DNA from: Limnothrix sp. BL-A-16
GTDB taxonomy: Bacteria > Cyanobacteriota > Cyanobacteriia > CACIAM-69d
Length of the DNA stretch: 64,000 bases
Direction: 5' to 3'
Assembly: GCA_041937175.2 (NCBI GenBank)
Contig: CP166615.1
Span: 1,376,001-1,440,000, forward strand
The translations under genes and the position numbers were made by a program. This document shows, one piece after another, positions 10,879-21,126 of the stretch. Position 1 is the stretch's first letter, and the number at the start of each line of letters is the position of its first letter. The notes beneath the pieces were generated by a model. The model had not been told where the DNA came from. It ran no database searches and was given only the letters and a program-made list of their open reading frames with translations.

Positions 10879-11028
10879 GCAACTGGGATCGTGTTTGGGC
10901 AATCAATCCCAATCGACAGGAACTCAAGCACGCTAACCCAACAAATTTAAGGTAGGGGCGCACATCAGTGCGCCCTAAATTGATCGTTTTATTTACTATT
11001 CTCGTGCAGAAATTTCAAATTCTTCCAT

Positions 11029-11050
11029 AAAAAAAGGGGCCGAAGCCCCT
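11029..11050 (-). terminator. Rho-independent terminator on the minus strand downstream of acsF
   Basis: Minus strand reads AGGGGC-TTCG-GCCCCT followed by a T run. Confidence 0.7.
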
Positions 11051-11243
11051 CAACCACCAAAATTCCACCAAAGATTTAGAGAACTTGACCAGTTAACGAT
11101 CGCTCTCATGCTTCATGCTTTGAAAATGATCATCAAGCATCAAAGTCGATCGCAGCACCGACCGAGGAAAGCACTCAATCGCGGACAATTCAGCGTGGGT
11201 CACTGAGTTAAAAACCTAGTTAGCAACTCAGCTAGCACCTCAG

Positions 11244-12305
11244 TTAGCGAACGGTTCCCCGTAATGCTTCCGCATCCACTCCCGGTAACAGGAACAGACG
11301 CAGCAAATGCCCAAAAATTTTCACCTGAATCGGGAGCTTCTTCAGGGATTTCAACCACTTGGGCTGTGGTGACTTCTCGATCGTGCTCATCTGCTGATTC
11401 AGATCAGAACATTGATGGAGCCGATCGAGAAATTCTGGATGATCCACATTCAAAACGGAGGGGAAAGCCCGCGCCGCCGTTTCGTTGGTTTTGCGAATCA
11501 CTTCCGCATCAAAATCCGTGGGATCGATGCCAAGGGTGTGATAAAAATTCGCGCGCTCATGTACCGTCAGGGTGTGGGTTGCGAACACCGTCAGCAGGAA
11601 AAAGCGGCTCCAGAGGCGCGATTGCCAGGTTTGCCACAGGCTGGGCTGCGATCGCAGGAGGGCCTTGAAGATATCTCCATGGCGATTTTCATCCTGACAC
11701 CAAGGTTCAAAGTATTTGAACAGTGGATAAAACTGATTTTCGGGATGAGCAGCCAAATGGCGATGGATCAGAATATAGCGCCAGTAGCCAATTTTTTCGG
11801 ACAAATAAACCGTGTAAATCACCCACTCGATCGGGAAGAAGGTGTACTGACGATTCTTGGTTAAATGTCCCAAATCCAAAGTACGGCCAAAATCTCCCAT
11901 GGCCTTATTCAGAAATCCCGCGTGGCGAGCCTCATCCCGCGCCATTAATTGGAACATTTCCGCCAACAACGGGCTGCGTTGCTTCACGCGGCGCGACAGT
12001 TCCTTAAAGAGTAAAAACCCCGAAAATTCAGAAACGCACGATCGCTCCAGGTAGTCAATAAACGCCTGCCGAGCCTCACCCGTAATGTGATCCCAGGACT
12101 GATTAAACGATTGATCGCGCACAAAGTGATCGCGATTGTAGTCCGCGCGCATTTCCGCCAACATCGCTTCTAGTTCCGTTGCTTGGGCTGACAAATCCAG
12201 GCCCGCCGCCACCTCAAAATTTGTGGTGTAAAAGCGTGGTGTCAGGAGATTTTCTTGAATTGCGACCTGCTTGGCGATCGCGGGTTTTGCCAATGAATCA
12301 ACCAT
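11244..12305 (-). CDS. acsF: Mg-protoporphyrin IX monomethyl ester oxidative cyclase (probably the low-oxygen AcsF2/ChlAII type)
   Basis: LLTPRFYTT, ERSCVSEFSGFLL, RDEARHAG, LSEKIGYWRY, QDENRHGD di-iron motifs; adjacent to heme oxygenase and hemN. Confidence 0.93.
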   Translation of the reverse strand: MVDSLAKPAIAKQVAIQENLLTPRFYTTNFEVAAGLDLSAQATELEAMLAEMRADYNRDHFVRDQSFNQSWDHITGEARQAFIDYLERSCVSEFSGFLLFKELSRRVKQRSPLLAEMFQLMARDEARHAGFLNKAMGDFGRTLDLGHLTKNRQYTFFPIEWVIYTVYLSEKIGYWRYILIHRHLAAHPENQFYPLFKYFEPWCQDENRHGDIFKALLRSQPSLWQTWQSRLWSRFFLLTVFATHTLTVHERANFYHTLGIDPTDFDAEVIRKTNETAARAFPSVLNVDHPEFLDRLHQCSDLNQQMSTIEKSPQPKWLKSLKKLPIQVKIFGHLLRLFLLPGVDAEALRGTVR

Positions 12306-12601
12306 GGTTAAAGATCGAAGATCAGAAATTAAGGACTGAACCAAAACGGAACGAAGACTAAACAAAAGCTCAAGTTGAGTCTGCGCTGGCGCTCGGAAAC
12401 CCCCAACTGTCAGCGCTGAGCGCTGGGATGGGGCGGGAAGTGGGTCTGCTGGCGGTGCTGGGAGAGCCGAATCGTCGGTGGTGACCGCCTGCCGGGGGAC
12501 TGGTTTGTTAAGTTATGAGAATTTCCTACTATTGAATCATTTAATCGCTATATGGTTATTTATCGTTAACAGAATTTTACGCAGCCTAGGAGCGGGCCAC
12601 C

Positions 12602-13366
12602 ATGAGCCACGACCTGAGCCACAGTCCCCAACCCCTCGCCCCCGGACATCAACTCGCCGCGCGCCTGCGGGAGGGAACCCAGCAATCCCACACCAGCGCC
12701 GAGAACACGGCCTACATGAAGTGCTTTCTGAAGGGCATTGTGGTGCGCGAGGCTTTTCAGAAACTTTTGGCGAATTTGTATTGGGTTTATGATGCCCTGG
12801 AAACGGAACTCGATCGGCTGAAAGATCACCCGATCGTTGGACAAATCTACTTTCCAGAGTTGCTGCGGCGCGATCAATTAGCCCGCGATCTTGCCTTTTA
12901 TTACGGGGAAGATTGGGAAGCGAAAATTAATCCCAGCAGCATCACCTTGAACTATTTGATGCGGATTCACTGGGCAGCTTCAGAGCAGCCAGAACGGCTA
13001 ATTGCCCATGCCTATGTGCGCTATTTGGGTGATTTGTCGGGCGGTCAAGGCCTACGGACGATCGCGCGATCGGCTTTGAATTTGCCAGCCGATCAGGGAA
13101 CCCGTTTACATGAATTTGACTCATTGCCAACGCCCGAAGCCAAGCGGGATTTCAAGATGCGCTATCGGGATCTTTTAAACGCACTACCCTTGAGTGAAGC
13201 GCAAGTGGCGGGCATCGTTGAAGAGGCAAACCTCGCCTTTCGTTTGAATCGCCAGTTGGTGGAAAGTTTGGAACCGGTGATTCAAGCGGCCGTGAATTCC
13301 GCCATTTTTGAAGAAGTGGTTTTGCAATCTCGCAAGGGCAGCACTGAATTGGTGAGTGTGAGTTAG
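12602..13366 (+). CDS. Heme oxygenase (biliverdin-producing, Ho2-like)
   Basis: LREGTQQSHTSAEN and AHAYVRYLGDLSGGQ motifs. Confidence 0.92.
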   Translation: MSHDLSHSPQPLAPGHQLAARLREGTQQSHTSAENTAYMKCFLKGIVVREAFQKLLANLYWVYDALETELDRLKDHPIVGQIYFPELLRRDQLARDLAFYYGEDWEAKINPSSITLNYLMRIHWAASEQPERLIAHAYVRYLGDLSGGQGLRTIARSALNLPADQGTRLHEFDSLPTPEAKRDFKMRYRDLLNALPLSEAQVAGIVEEANLAFRLNRQLVESLEPVIQAAVNSAIFEEVVLQSRKGSTELVSVS

Positions 13367-13573
13367 CGATCACCCACCATGTTCGCCATTCATCTGCTGT
13401 TCACTCGCAATTGTTGGTGAATTCTCAGCCAATCAACTGTTCATCCCACAACAACCATTGCTCGGGCGATCGCTCGGTGAATTAATTTATTGATTTTCTG
13501 GGCGATCGCTCCTTTTTTGACCTGTTCGTATTTTGCCGTTTGGTGTTTTTGAATCCCGCTAGGAACTCCACCC

Positions 13574-14977
13574 ATGCAAGTTTTAGATCAAGCTTTAAAT
13601 TTGGCCTTTGATGCAGATTTGATTCAAAAATATAATTGCTCTTTACCTCGCTATACCAGCTACCCACCCGCCACAGAACTTTCGACTCAGTTTCCAGAAC
13701 AAGACTGGATCCAATCCATTCAGCGTGGCAACGATCGCAAAACGCCCCTTTCGCTGTATTGCCACATTCCTTTTTGCGAATCGGCTTGCTATTTTTGTGG
13801 TTGCAACACGGTCATTACTCAACACAAGGCCGTCACAGAAACCTATTTGGATTATCTGCAACGTCACATTGAGCAAGTCTCAAGGTATTTATCAAATGAC
13901 CGATTGGTCAATCAGATGCATTGGGGAGGCGGCACTCCAAATTATTTATCGATCGAGCAGGTACAACATCTTTGGAAAATTCTGCACCAACATTTCCAAT
14001 TTACCGATGATGCAGAACTGTCGATCGAGGTGAATCCGCGTCCTCTCACGGAAGCCTATGTTTCTGCCTTGCGATCGCTCGGCTTTAATCGCATTAGCTT
14101 TGGCATTCAAGACTTCAATCCTGTTGTTCAGGAAGCCATTAACCGCATTCAACCGGAAGAAATGCTTTTCCAGGCGATGGATTGGATGCGATCGGCTGAG
14201 TTTGAAAGCATCAATGTAGATTTGATCTATGGGTTGCCTTTCCAGGATCTCAACACCTTCCGGGAAACGCTGCATAAAACCCTGGCGCTGAATCCCGATC
14301 GAATTGCAGTGTTTAACTTTGCCTATGTGCCTTGGATGAAACCAATTCAGCGGCGGATTCCCTACGATGCATTGCCATCGGCGGAAGAGAAACTCGACAT
14401 TTTACAAATGACGATCGCCACCCTCACGGAAGCGGGCTACACCTTCATTGGGATGGATCACTTTGCCAAGCCCAATGATGAATTGGCGATCGCCCAGCAC
14501 CAGGGACAGCTTCACCGCAACTTCCAAGGCTATACAACACAGCCCGATTCTGATCTGATTGGGTTTGGGATGACTTCGATCGGAATGCTGAATGATGTGT
14601 ATACCCAAAATCAAAAGCGTCTGCGGGATTATTACCGAGCCATTGACTATCAAACGCTCCCGATCGAGCGTGGGGTTACTCTGGACGCTGATGATATTTT
14701 GCGGCGTTCCATCATCATGGAGCTGATGTGTCAATTTCAGGTCGATCGGGATGCGCTGGCCCAAAAATATGGGCTGTCTTTTAAGCACAGTTTGGAAGCC
14801 CATTTTTCGCAGGAATATTTGGATTTGCGAAATCTGGAAAGCGATGGACTGTTGACCCTCAATCCGAACCGCATTACTATCACCCCGATCGGTCGGTTGT
14901 TGGTGCGAAATATTGCTTCTGTGTTCGATCATTATCTGCGTGCCCAGACCTATAACGGTTTCTCAAAGGCAGTTTAG
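13574..14977 (+). CDS. hemN: Oxygen-independent coproporphyrinogen III oxidase (radical SAM)
   Basis: PRYTSYP, HIPFCESACYFCGC (CxxxCxxC), HWGGGTP, HRNFQGY. Confidence 0.95.
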   Translation: MQVLDQALNLAFDADLIQKYNCSLPRYTSYPPATELSTQFPEQDWIQSIQRGNDRKTPLSLYCHIPFCESACYFCGCNTVITQHKAVTETYLDYLQRHIEQVSRYLSNDRLVNQMHWGGGTPNYLSIEQVQHLWKILHQHFQFTDDAELSIEVNPRPLTEAYVSALRSLGFNRISFGIQDFNPVVQEAINRIQPEEMLFQAMDWMRSAEFESINVDLIYGLPFQDLNTFRETLHKTLALNPDRIAVFNFAYVPWMKPIQRRIPYDALPSAEEKLDILQMTIATLTEAGYTFIGMDHFAKPNDELAIAQHQGQLHRNFQGYTTQPDSDLIGFGMTSIGMLNDVYTQNQKRLRDYYRAIDYQTLPIERGVTLDADDILRRSIIMELMCQFQVDRDALAQKYGLSFKHSLEAHFSQEYLDLRNLESDGLLTLNPNRITITPIGRLLVRNIASVFDHYLRAQTYNGFSKAV

Positions 14978-15138
14978 ACTCAGGATGAAAATCCTTTGGC
15001 GGATCGTAGGTGGGTAAGGGGCTTAAGCCCCTTGTCTGGGGCGGTTAGGGTAAGCCAGTTTAGACTCAGGATGAAGATCCTTTGGTAGATCGTGGGTGGG
15101 CAAGGGGCTTAAGCCCCTTGTCTAGGGCGGTTAGGGTA
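14970..15138. repeat. 86-bp tandem duplication that includes the hemN stop codon and one 20-bp palindrome per unit
   Basis: cagtttagactcaggatgaa...ggcggttagggta begins at 14970 and again at 15056. Confidence 0.9.
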
Positions 15139-15350
15139 TGGAGAATTAACCGTTCTGAAATTAACTGTTTTGATCTGAAATTGAGCCTCAACTTGTCTTC
15201 ATAAACTAAAGTTTGCATTCTAAAACCCATTGCTAAACAATTGCAGCTTCAAATCGGTGGACAATGGGCGATGTGACCCATAGTTCATGACGATCAGGTT
15301 GTCAAAAACAGGAACCAAATAGCAGGGGCAAAATGATTGGTAGCAAAATA

Positions 15351-16378
15351 CAGTTCTTACCGTAATCACTAGGTACAATAACAACATTTGGTAAACCAGT
15401 TTTTCAGGCACTGTAAATCCACCAGTCGGGCTGCCAATCTAGTTAATTGTTCCAACACTTCTATGGTTTCTGTTCTAAATTTCCACAAAAAGATTTTTAA
15501 CTGTGACCACATCATTTCTATAGGTTTAAAATCTGGTGAGTACACTGGCAGATATTCTACTGTTGCTCCTACTGCTTCTATCATTTCTTTCACTTCTGGA
15601 CGATGATGAGAGTTTAAGTTGTCCATGATAACCACATCACCCACTTTTAACTGCTGTGCCAAATTTACTTTAACAAACTCTAGAAAATCTTCCTTTTTCA
15701 TTGAGCCTTTCAATCCTTTTATTGTGACAACTCCTGATCGCCTGATCGCACTAATGACTGTCATCTTTTTACCGTAATAGGGCTTCTGGGTTTCATAAGC
15801 CTTCATTCCTTTTTTAGCTCTGGCCATGGGGCGATTCATCCCAACCCAAAAACCGCTTTCGTCAATGAAGACAAGCTTTTCAGCTTCCACTTTCAAAATT
15901 CGCTGCCAGTAGCTCACGCGCTCGGCTTGTACTTCCGCCGTGATTACTTTTTCGCTCCTGTATGTTTTTTTGAGGCTGATGTCATGTTGCTTTAAAAATC
16001 GATCCATCATGCTTGTGTTAGAACTGACACCCAATTTTTCTTGCACTGCTTCGCAATACTCTCGCAATGTAAAATCAGGATTAGTCTCTACAATTTCTAA
16101 GATGGCTTCTTCATGCTGAGACAAGATGCTCACTCGCTTCGTGCCACACTTCTTAGGTACTAAGCTTCCAGTTGAACGATATAGATTTAGAAGCCGCCTG
16201 ACGGTATCTGGACTAATCGAAAACTGTTTTGCCACTTTCCGAATTGAAGTGTCTCCCTTTTCGTAGGCTTCTACAATCTTTCGGCGCAAGTCCAGAGAAT
16301 AACGACCCATGAGTTTTCCTGACGATAACTCAACTACACTTATAATTATGTCGTACCAATCGTTCTAGGTAAAGGCTG
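15351..16378 (-). mobile_element. IS630-family insertion sequence
   Basis: Transposase ORF bounded by imperfect inverted ends (CAGttcTTACC...GGTAC / GTACC...GGTAAaggCTG); TA on the left flank; AT-rich and HIP1-poor. Confidence 0.8.
15369..16310 (-). CDS. IS630-family transposase (HTH + DDE in a single frame)
   Basis: YSLDLRRKIV N-terminal HTH; VFIDESG, IMDNL..H, YLPVYSPDFKPIEMMWS catalytic motifs. Confidence 0.92.
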   Translation of the reverse strand: MGRYSLDLRRKIVEAYEKGDTSIRKVAKQFSISPDTVRRLLNLYRSTGSLVPKKCGTKRVSILSQHEEAILEIVETNPDFTLREYCEAVQEKLGVSSNTSMMDRFLKQHDISLKKTYRSEKVITAEVQAERVSYWQRILKVEAEKLVFIDESGFWVGMNRPMARAKKGMKAYETQKPYYGKKMTVISAIRRSGVVTIKGLKGSMKKEDFLEFVKVNLAQQLKVGDVVIMDNLNSHHRPEVKEMIEAVGATVEYLPVYSPDFKPIEMMWSQLKIFLWKFRTETIEVLEQLTRLAARLVDLQCLKNWFTKCCYCT

Positions 16379-16594
16379 TTGGCTGGCGTGTTTTAGGCGA
16401 AATTGTCCCTGAAATGGATTGCCGATCGGCTGAGGCGGTGTTTGGGCCAGTGGTTGCCGTTGATCCTTCAGTGGATTCCATGCGCACAATTTGTGGCCCA
16501 GTCATTGCGAGAAGGGCCATGAAGCGGTACAAAGCGATCGCAGCGGGGCACTGTTCACCCGGGGTCTTGTGGCAATTGCGGAGCAGTGTAATCC

Positions 16595-17503
16595 ATGACA
16601 GCGGACTTTTGGACTTGGTATGCACAAGCGCGCCGCCAAGCATCGGAGCAGCAAGTACCCATCGGGGAACTGGATTGGCTCCTGGTCGAATGGGCCGGGG
16701 TCGATCGGCTGCGGCTGCGGCTCCAGGTGGGCGATCTGCCTTCGGGAATCGACCTAGAACGCTTGGATCAACTGTGGCAGCGGCGATTGGTCGATCGCGT
16801 GCCGGTGCAGTACCTGGCGGGGGTAGTGGGCTGGCGTAACTTTCGGCTGCGCGTTTCCCCGGGGGTGCTGATTCCTCGACCCGAGACGGAGTTAATTGTG
16901 GACTTGGCTTGGGAGCTGACGGCGACTAACGCCCTCTTGCGGCGCGGGGTTTGGGCAGATTTGGGGACGGGGAGCGGGGCGATCGCCCTGGCGCTGGCGG
17001 AAGCCATGCCAGAAGCAACGATTTGGGCGGTGGATCAATCGACAACGGCGCTGGAAATTGCTCACCTCAATGCCACGCACACAGGGCTGGATCACCGAAT
17101 TCACCTCGCGTTGGGGAACTGGTTTGAACCTTTGGCAGATTTGGCCGGCCACCTGGCGGGGATGGTTTCTAATCCGCCCTATATCCCAAGCGCGGAAGTG
17201 CCTGTCTTGCAGCGGGAGGTGGCCGACCATGAACCCCATGGGGCTTTGGATGGTGGGCCCGATGGCCTCGATTGCTTGCGCCATTTGGTGAAGTTGGCTC
17301 CGGCCTATCTCCGACCGGGCGGCGTTTGGCTGGTGGAGGTGATGGCTGGGCAGGCTCCGGCGGTGATGGAACTGTTGTGGGCCAAGGGGTCGTATCAGGA
17401 GATTATGACTCATCGGGATTTGGCGGGAATTGATCGATTTGTTTCAGCCAGATACCAACCGCTACGTCGCCCGCTCCCTGTGGAAATCGCCCCCACCGCG
17501 TGA
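16595..17503 (+). CDS. prmC: Release factor glutamine methyltransferase
   Basis: PVQYL, VLIPRPETE, DLGTGSGAI, SNPPYI, EP..ALDGG.DGL. Confidence 0.95.
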   Translation: MTADFWTWYAQARRQASEQQVPIGELDWLLVEWAGVDRLRLRLQVGDLPSGIDLERLDQLWQRRLVDRVPVQYLAGVVGWRNFRLRVSPGVLIPRPETELIVDLAWELTATNALLRRGVWADLGTGSGAIALALAEAMPEATIWAVDQSTTALEIAHLNATHTGLDHRIHLALGNWFEPLADLAGHLAGMVSNPPYIPSAEVPVLQREVADHEPHGALDGGPDGLDCLRHLVKLAPAYLRPGGVWLVEVMAGQAPAVMELLWAKGSYQEIMTHRDLAGIDRFVSARYQPLRRPLPVEIAPTA

Positions 17504-17766
17504 TAATAGGAAGGTTATCTGAACGGGCTTTTGCCCTGGGTTGCCTGAGCGATTTCTAAGGGGCGATCGGGACTGCGATCGGGTGATGGGTGCTTGATTG
17601 GGTGGGTGCGCTGGGATCAGTGCCGCCTCCAGAAAGAGCCGGATCCAGTTCAATGGCATTGACCGCATCCGGAAAAGCGTTCAGGCAAAAATGTTCAGAG
17701 AAAACGTGGCTTCTAGTCTGGGGCTGCGGCGTTGGTGATCGTTCAGCTATGGTGTGTTGAAAGTTC

Positions 17767-18960
17767 ATGTCCGTCACCGGTTCTACTTTGCCTAAAACCT
17801 TTTTGCTGCTTGGCTCCGGCGAGTTAGGCAAAGAGTTTGCGATCGCGGCCAAGCGTCTGGGCAACCAGGTGATTGCGGTTGATCGCTATGCCAATGCGCC
17901 CGCGATGCAGGTGGCCGACGAGGCAGAGGTCATCTCAATGTTGGATGGGGATGCGCTGGAGTCGATCGTCACGAAGCATCGTCCAGATTTCATCGTTCCG
18001 GAAATTGAAGCGATTCGCACCGAAAAGCTCGCGGAATTTGAAGCTCGCGGAATCACCGTTATTCCAACGGCCGCCGCCACCCACTACACCATGAACCGCG
18101 ATCGAATCCGGGACTTGGCGGCGGGCGAGTTGGGGGTGCGCACGGCTCGCTATGGCTATGCGGCCACCTTGGCGGAATTGCAGGCCGTGGCGGCGGAGAT
18201 TGGCTTTCCGAATGTGGTGAAGCCGGTGATGTCTTCGTCAGGCAAGGGCCAATCCGTGGTGCGATCGCCCGAGGAGCTAACCACCGCCTGGCAATACGCC
18301 ACCGAACAGGGGCGCGGTGACCAAGCCAAGGTGATTGTTGAAGAATTTATTCACTTTGAGCTGGAGATCACGCTGCTGACCATTCGGCAGTGGTCGGGGC
18401 CGACGTTGTTTTGTCCCCCGATCGGCCATCGTCAGGAACGCGGTGACTATCAAGAATCCTGGCAACCAGCCCCGATCGCCCCAGAACTGTTGAAACAGGC
18501 CCAGTCGATCGCCCAGCGGGTGACGGAGGCCCTGGGCGGCGCGGGCATTTTTGGGGTGGAATTTTTCATCACGCCTGACGCTGCCATTTTTTCTGAGCTG
18601 TCACCCCGCCCCCACGACACGGGCATGGTTACCTTGGTCTCCCAAAACCTGAATGAGTTTGAGTTGCACCTGCGGGCCATTTTGGGGTTGCCCATCCCAG
18701 AAATTACGGTTTACGAGCCGGCTGCGAGTGCTGCCATTTTGGCCAATCGCCAGTCAGATCCCGCAGAGTCGGTGGTCTATGACGGGTTGGCGGAAGCCCT
18801 GATGGAGCCGGGCACAGATGTTCGGTTGTTTGGCAAACCCAGCACCCGTCAATACCGGCGAATGGGGGTGGCCCTGGCGCGAGCTGACTCGATCGACCAG
18901 GCCCGGGCCAAGGCAAATCGAGTGGCGCGATCAGTTCAAGTCAACCTGACAGGGCTATAG
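17767..18960 (+). CDS. purT: Formate-dependent phosphoribosylglycinamide formyltransferase
   Basis: [49 protein letters not shown]. Confidence 0.96.
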   Translation: MSVTGSTLPKTFLLLGSGELGKEFAIAAKRLGNQVIAVDRYANAPAMQVADEAEVISMLDGDALESIVTKHRPDFIVPEIEAIRTEKLAEFEARGITVIPTAAATHYTMNRDRIRDLAAGELGVRTARYGYAATLAELQAVAAEIGFPNVVKPVMSSSGKGQSVVRSPEELTTAWQYATEQGRGDQAKVIVEEFIHFELEITLLTIRQWSGPTLFCPPIGHRQERGDYQESWQPAPIAPELLKQAQSIAQRVTEALGGAGIFGVEFFITPDAAIFSELSPRPHDTGMVTLVSQNLNEFELHLRAILGLPIPEITVYEPAASAAILANRQSDPAESVVYDGLAEALMEPGTDVRLFGKPSTRQYRRMGVALARADSIDQARAKANRVARSVQVNLTGL

Positions 18961-19263
18961 GGAGCCGACGGGGCCGCTGAATATGCTGCTGGAGCGATCA
19001 CCCCAGCGGCCAGCGACGATCGCTCCCCGAGGTCAGCCAGAGCTGAGGCCCCAACCGGTTTTCGATTGCGTTTTCTGGAGTCCAGTGTTTTTGCAAGGAG
19101 AATCTCGGTATGATGAGGGCGATCGTCCAAACGCATCCTCAAAAATCTTGAGAAATGTTGGCCGCTGTGGTTTTGGGACTCGCTCATTGTTGAAAAACCT
19201 TCAGCCCCATTCGGCCGCTTTTAAGTCAAGCCATCTTTAGGTTAAGCCGCCAATCAATTCTTG

Positions 19264-19317
19264 TTTCAATGCTGGTCATTTCTGCGCTAATTTCAATGCT
19301 GGTCATTTCTGCGCTAA
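19264..19317. repeat. Perfect 27-bp tandem duplication
   Basis: tttcaatgctggtcatttctgcgctaa twice. Confidence 0.9.
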
Positions 19318-19390
19318 TTTGTGGCCTTTCAATCCGATGCTATGGAAGACCCAACTAATCAACCCATCCAATGAATTGCATCAGTCCGGT

Positions 19391-19474
19391 TGAATTAGCC
19401 TGAGCGAATTAGCCTGACTAAATTAGCCCAATGAAACTAGCTTGATTAGACTGGCTTGCTTGAATTAGATTAAG
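19391..19474. repeat. Degenerate 14-bp tandem array (6 units) upstream of hisC
   Basis: tgaattagcctgag cgaattagcctgac taaattagcccaat gaaactagcttgat tagactggcttgct tgaattagattaag. Confidence 0.7.
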
Positions 19475-19707
19475 TTCGTGTTCCGCCTGTGATTCAGTTC
19501 GCGATTCAAGGGGGGGATCCTAGCCAAATCACAGACCAACTACAGATCAATAGCAGATCAACAGCAGATCAATATCGGTGTTGCCCATCTAATTGCAGTT
19601 GAAATTGAATTTTTTGGGGTTTGTTTCAGATTTTTTGCGCAGCCAACTCCGTTGTTTGAAGACGGAAGGCCGGTCAACCTCCCTAACAGACATTTGTAGC
19701 CTGCACC

Positions 19708-20868
19708 ATGTTGGAGTTTTTGCGTCCAGATTTGGTTGAGTTTGTCGCCTATCAGGCTCACCCGGGGGGAGAGTTACCCACGGGCGTTGAGATTGATCGT
19801 CTGGACACCAATGAATGTCCCTATCAGTTGCCGGAAGCGCTGAAAGAAAAACTCTGCTTAACCTATCAGAACCTGATTGAAACCAACCGTTACCCGGGAG
19901 GCGATCATACGGACCTGAAGCGGGCGATCGCCCAGTACGTGAATGAAGCCTGCTCGGCCATTGCCAACGGCACGGCGGAGGCGATCGCCCCTGGGCAAAT
20001 TTCCGTGGGGAATGGCTCGGATGAATTAATTCGATCGATCCTGATTGCCACCTGTGTGGGCGGTCGTGGTCGTGTGTTGGTGGCCCAGCCCACCTTTGGC
20101 ATGTATGGGATTTTGGCCCAAACCCTGGGAATTCCGGTGGAGCGGGTGGGCCGATCGCCCAAAACCTTTGAAATTGACCTGGATGCCGCGCGTCAAGTCA
20201 TTGCCCAAGCACAACTGACCCCCTCGCCCGTGCGGGTGGTGTGGATGGTGCACCCCAACTCTCCCACTGCCAACGCTCTGACGACAGCGGAACTCAACTG
20301 GCTGCGGGGACTGCCATCCAATATTTTGGTGGTGATTGACGAAGCCTATTTTGAATTCAGCCGTCGCACCGTGGTGGGTGAACTGCAAGCGCGGCCCAAC
20401 TGGGTGGTGTTGCGGACGTTCTCGAAAGCGTTTCGATTGGCGGCCCATCGGGTCGGTTACGCGATCGCCAATCCCGAGTTGTCCGCCATCTTGGAAAAGG
20501 TGCGCCTACCCTACAACCTGCCCAGTTTTACCCAAGCGGCCGCCCTCGCTGCGTTGGCCCACCGTCGAGATCTGTTGGCGATCGTTCCAGAGATTTTGAC
20601 GGAGCGCGATCGATTGCTCCAGCAGTTGCGGGCCCTGCCAGGATTGGAACTGTGGGATAGCCAAGCGAATTTTCTTTACGCTCGCCTGAAGGGAGCCGCC
20701 AACACCGATGAAGCCATGGCTCATCTGGTGCAGCAGCTTAAGCAGCAGGGAACCCTAATTCGTCACACAGGAGGCGGATTGCGCATTACCGTGGGCACCC
20801 CGGCGGAAAATGCGCGTACGGTCGATCGAATGCGGGTGGCGTTGGCGCAAACTGTCGCCTCCCGCTAG
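19708..20868 (+). CDS. hisC: Histidinol-phosphate aminotransferase
   Basis: [54 protein letters not shown]. Confidence 0.88.
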   Translation: MLEFLRPDLVEFVAYQAHPGGELPTGVEIDRLDTNECPYQLPEALKEKLCLTYQNLIETNRYPGGDHTDLKRAIAQYVNEACSAIANGTAEAIAPGQISVGNGSDELIRSILIATCVGGRGRVLVAQPTFGMYGILAQTLGIPVERVGRSPKTFEIDLDAARQVIAQAQLTPSPVRVVWMVHPNSPTANALTTAELNWLRGLPSNILVVIDEAYFEFSRRTVVGELQARPNWVVLRTFSKAFRLAAHRVGYAIANPELSAILEKVRLPYNLPSFTQAAALAALAHRRDLLAIVPEILTERDRLLQQLRALPGLELWDSQANFLYARLKGAANTDEAMAHLVQQLKQQGTLIRHTGGGLRITVGTPAENARTVDRMRVALAQTVASR

Positions 20869-21010
20869 GCTATCGGGCTGAAATTGGCTGAACCGTGCTG
20901 AAAAAATTTGCAGCAAAAGCGCTTCTCCCCGATCGGTTGGCGGGAAGCACTTTTTCAGAAGCCAGATTTTAGCAGCCAGGTTTTAGGAACCAGAACAAGT
21001 CTCATCAATC

Positions 21011-21092
21011 ATCGAAGACAAGGGGCTTCAGCCCCTTGCCCCACGGCTATTCGTGCTTTGCAAGTCCCTCAAGTTGCTTCTCAGACACTCGC
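21011..21092. mobile_element. Degenerate remnant of the same MITE family
   Basis: gaagac + palindrome + ccccacggctattcgtgc, ending in a TIR-like CTTCTCAGACACTCGC-TTAG; left end not recognisable. Confidence 0.5.
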
Positions 21093-21126
21093 TTAGAAGC
21101 TGGATGAAATCTCACTTATATCAGAC

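Noticed and set aside
9727..10902. 391-aa ORF antisense to carA
   Set aside because: Shadow frame of a GC-rich conserved gene; no motifs
10952..10977. GTAGGGGCGCAC-ATCA-GTGCGCCCTA hairpin after carA
   Set aside because: Single REP-like or terminator hairpin with no second copy in the window, so it cannot be classified
14970..15138. Possible mini CRISPR array
   Set aside because: The sequence between palindromes is also duplicated, so there are no unique spacers; no cas genes
19391..19474. Possible CRISPR or iteron array
   Set aside because: 14-bp degenerate units with no spacers; no cas or rep gene
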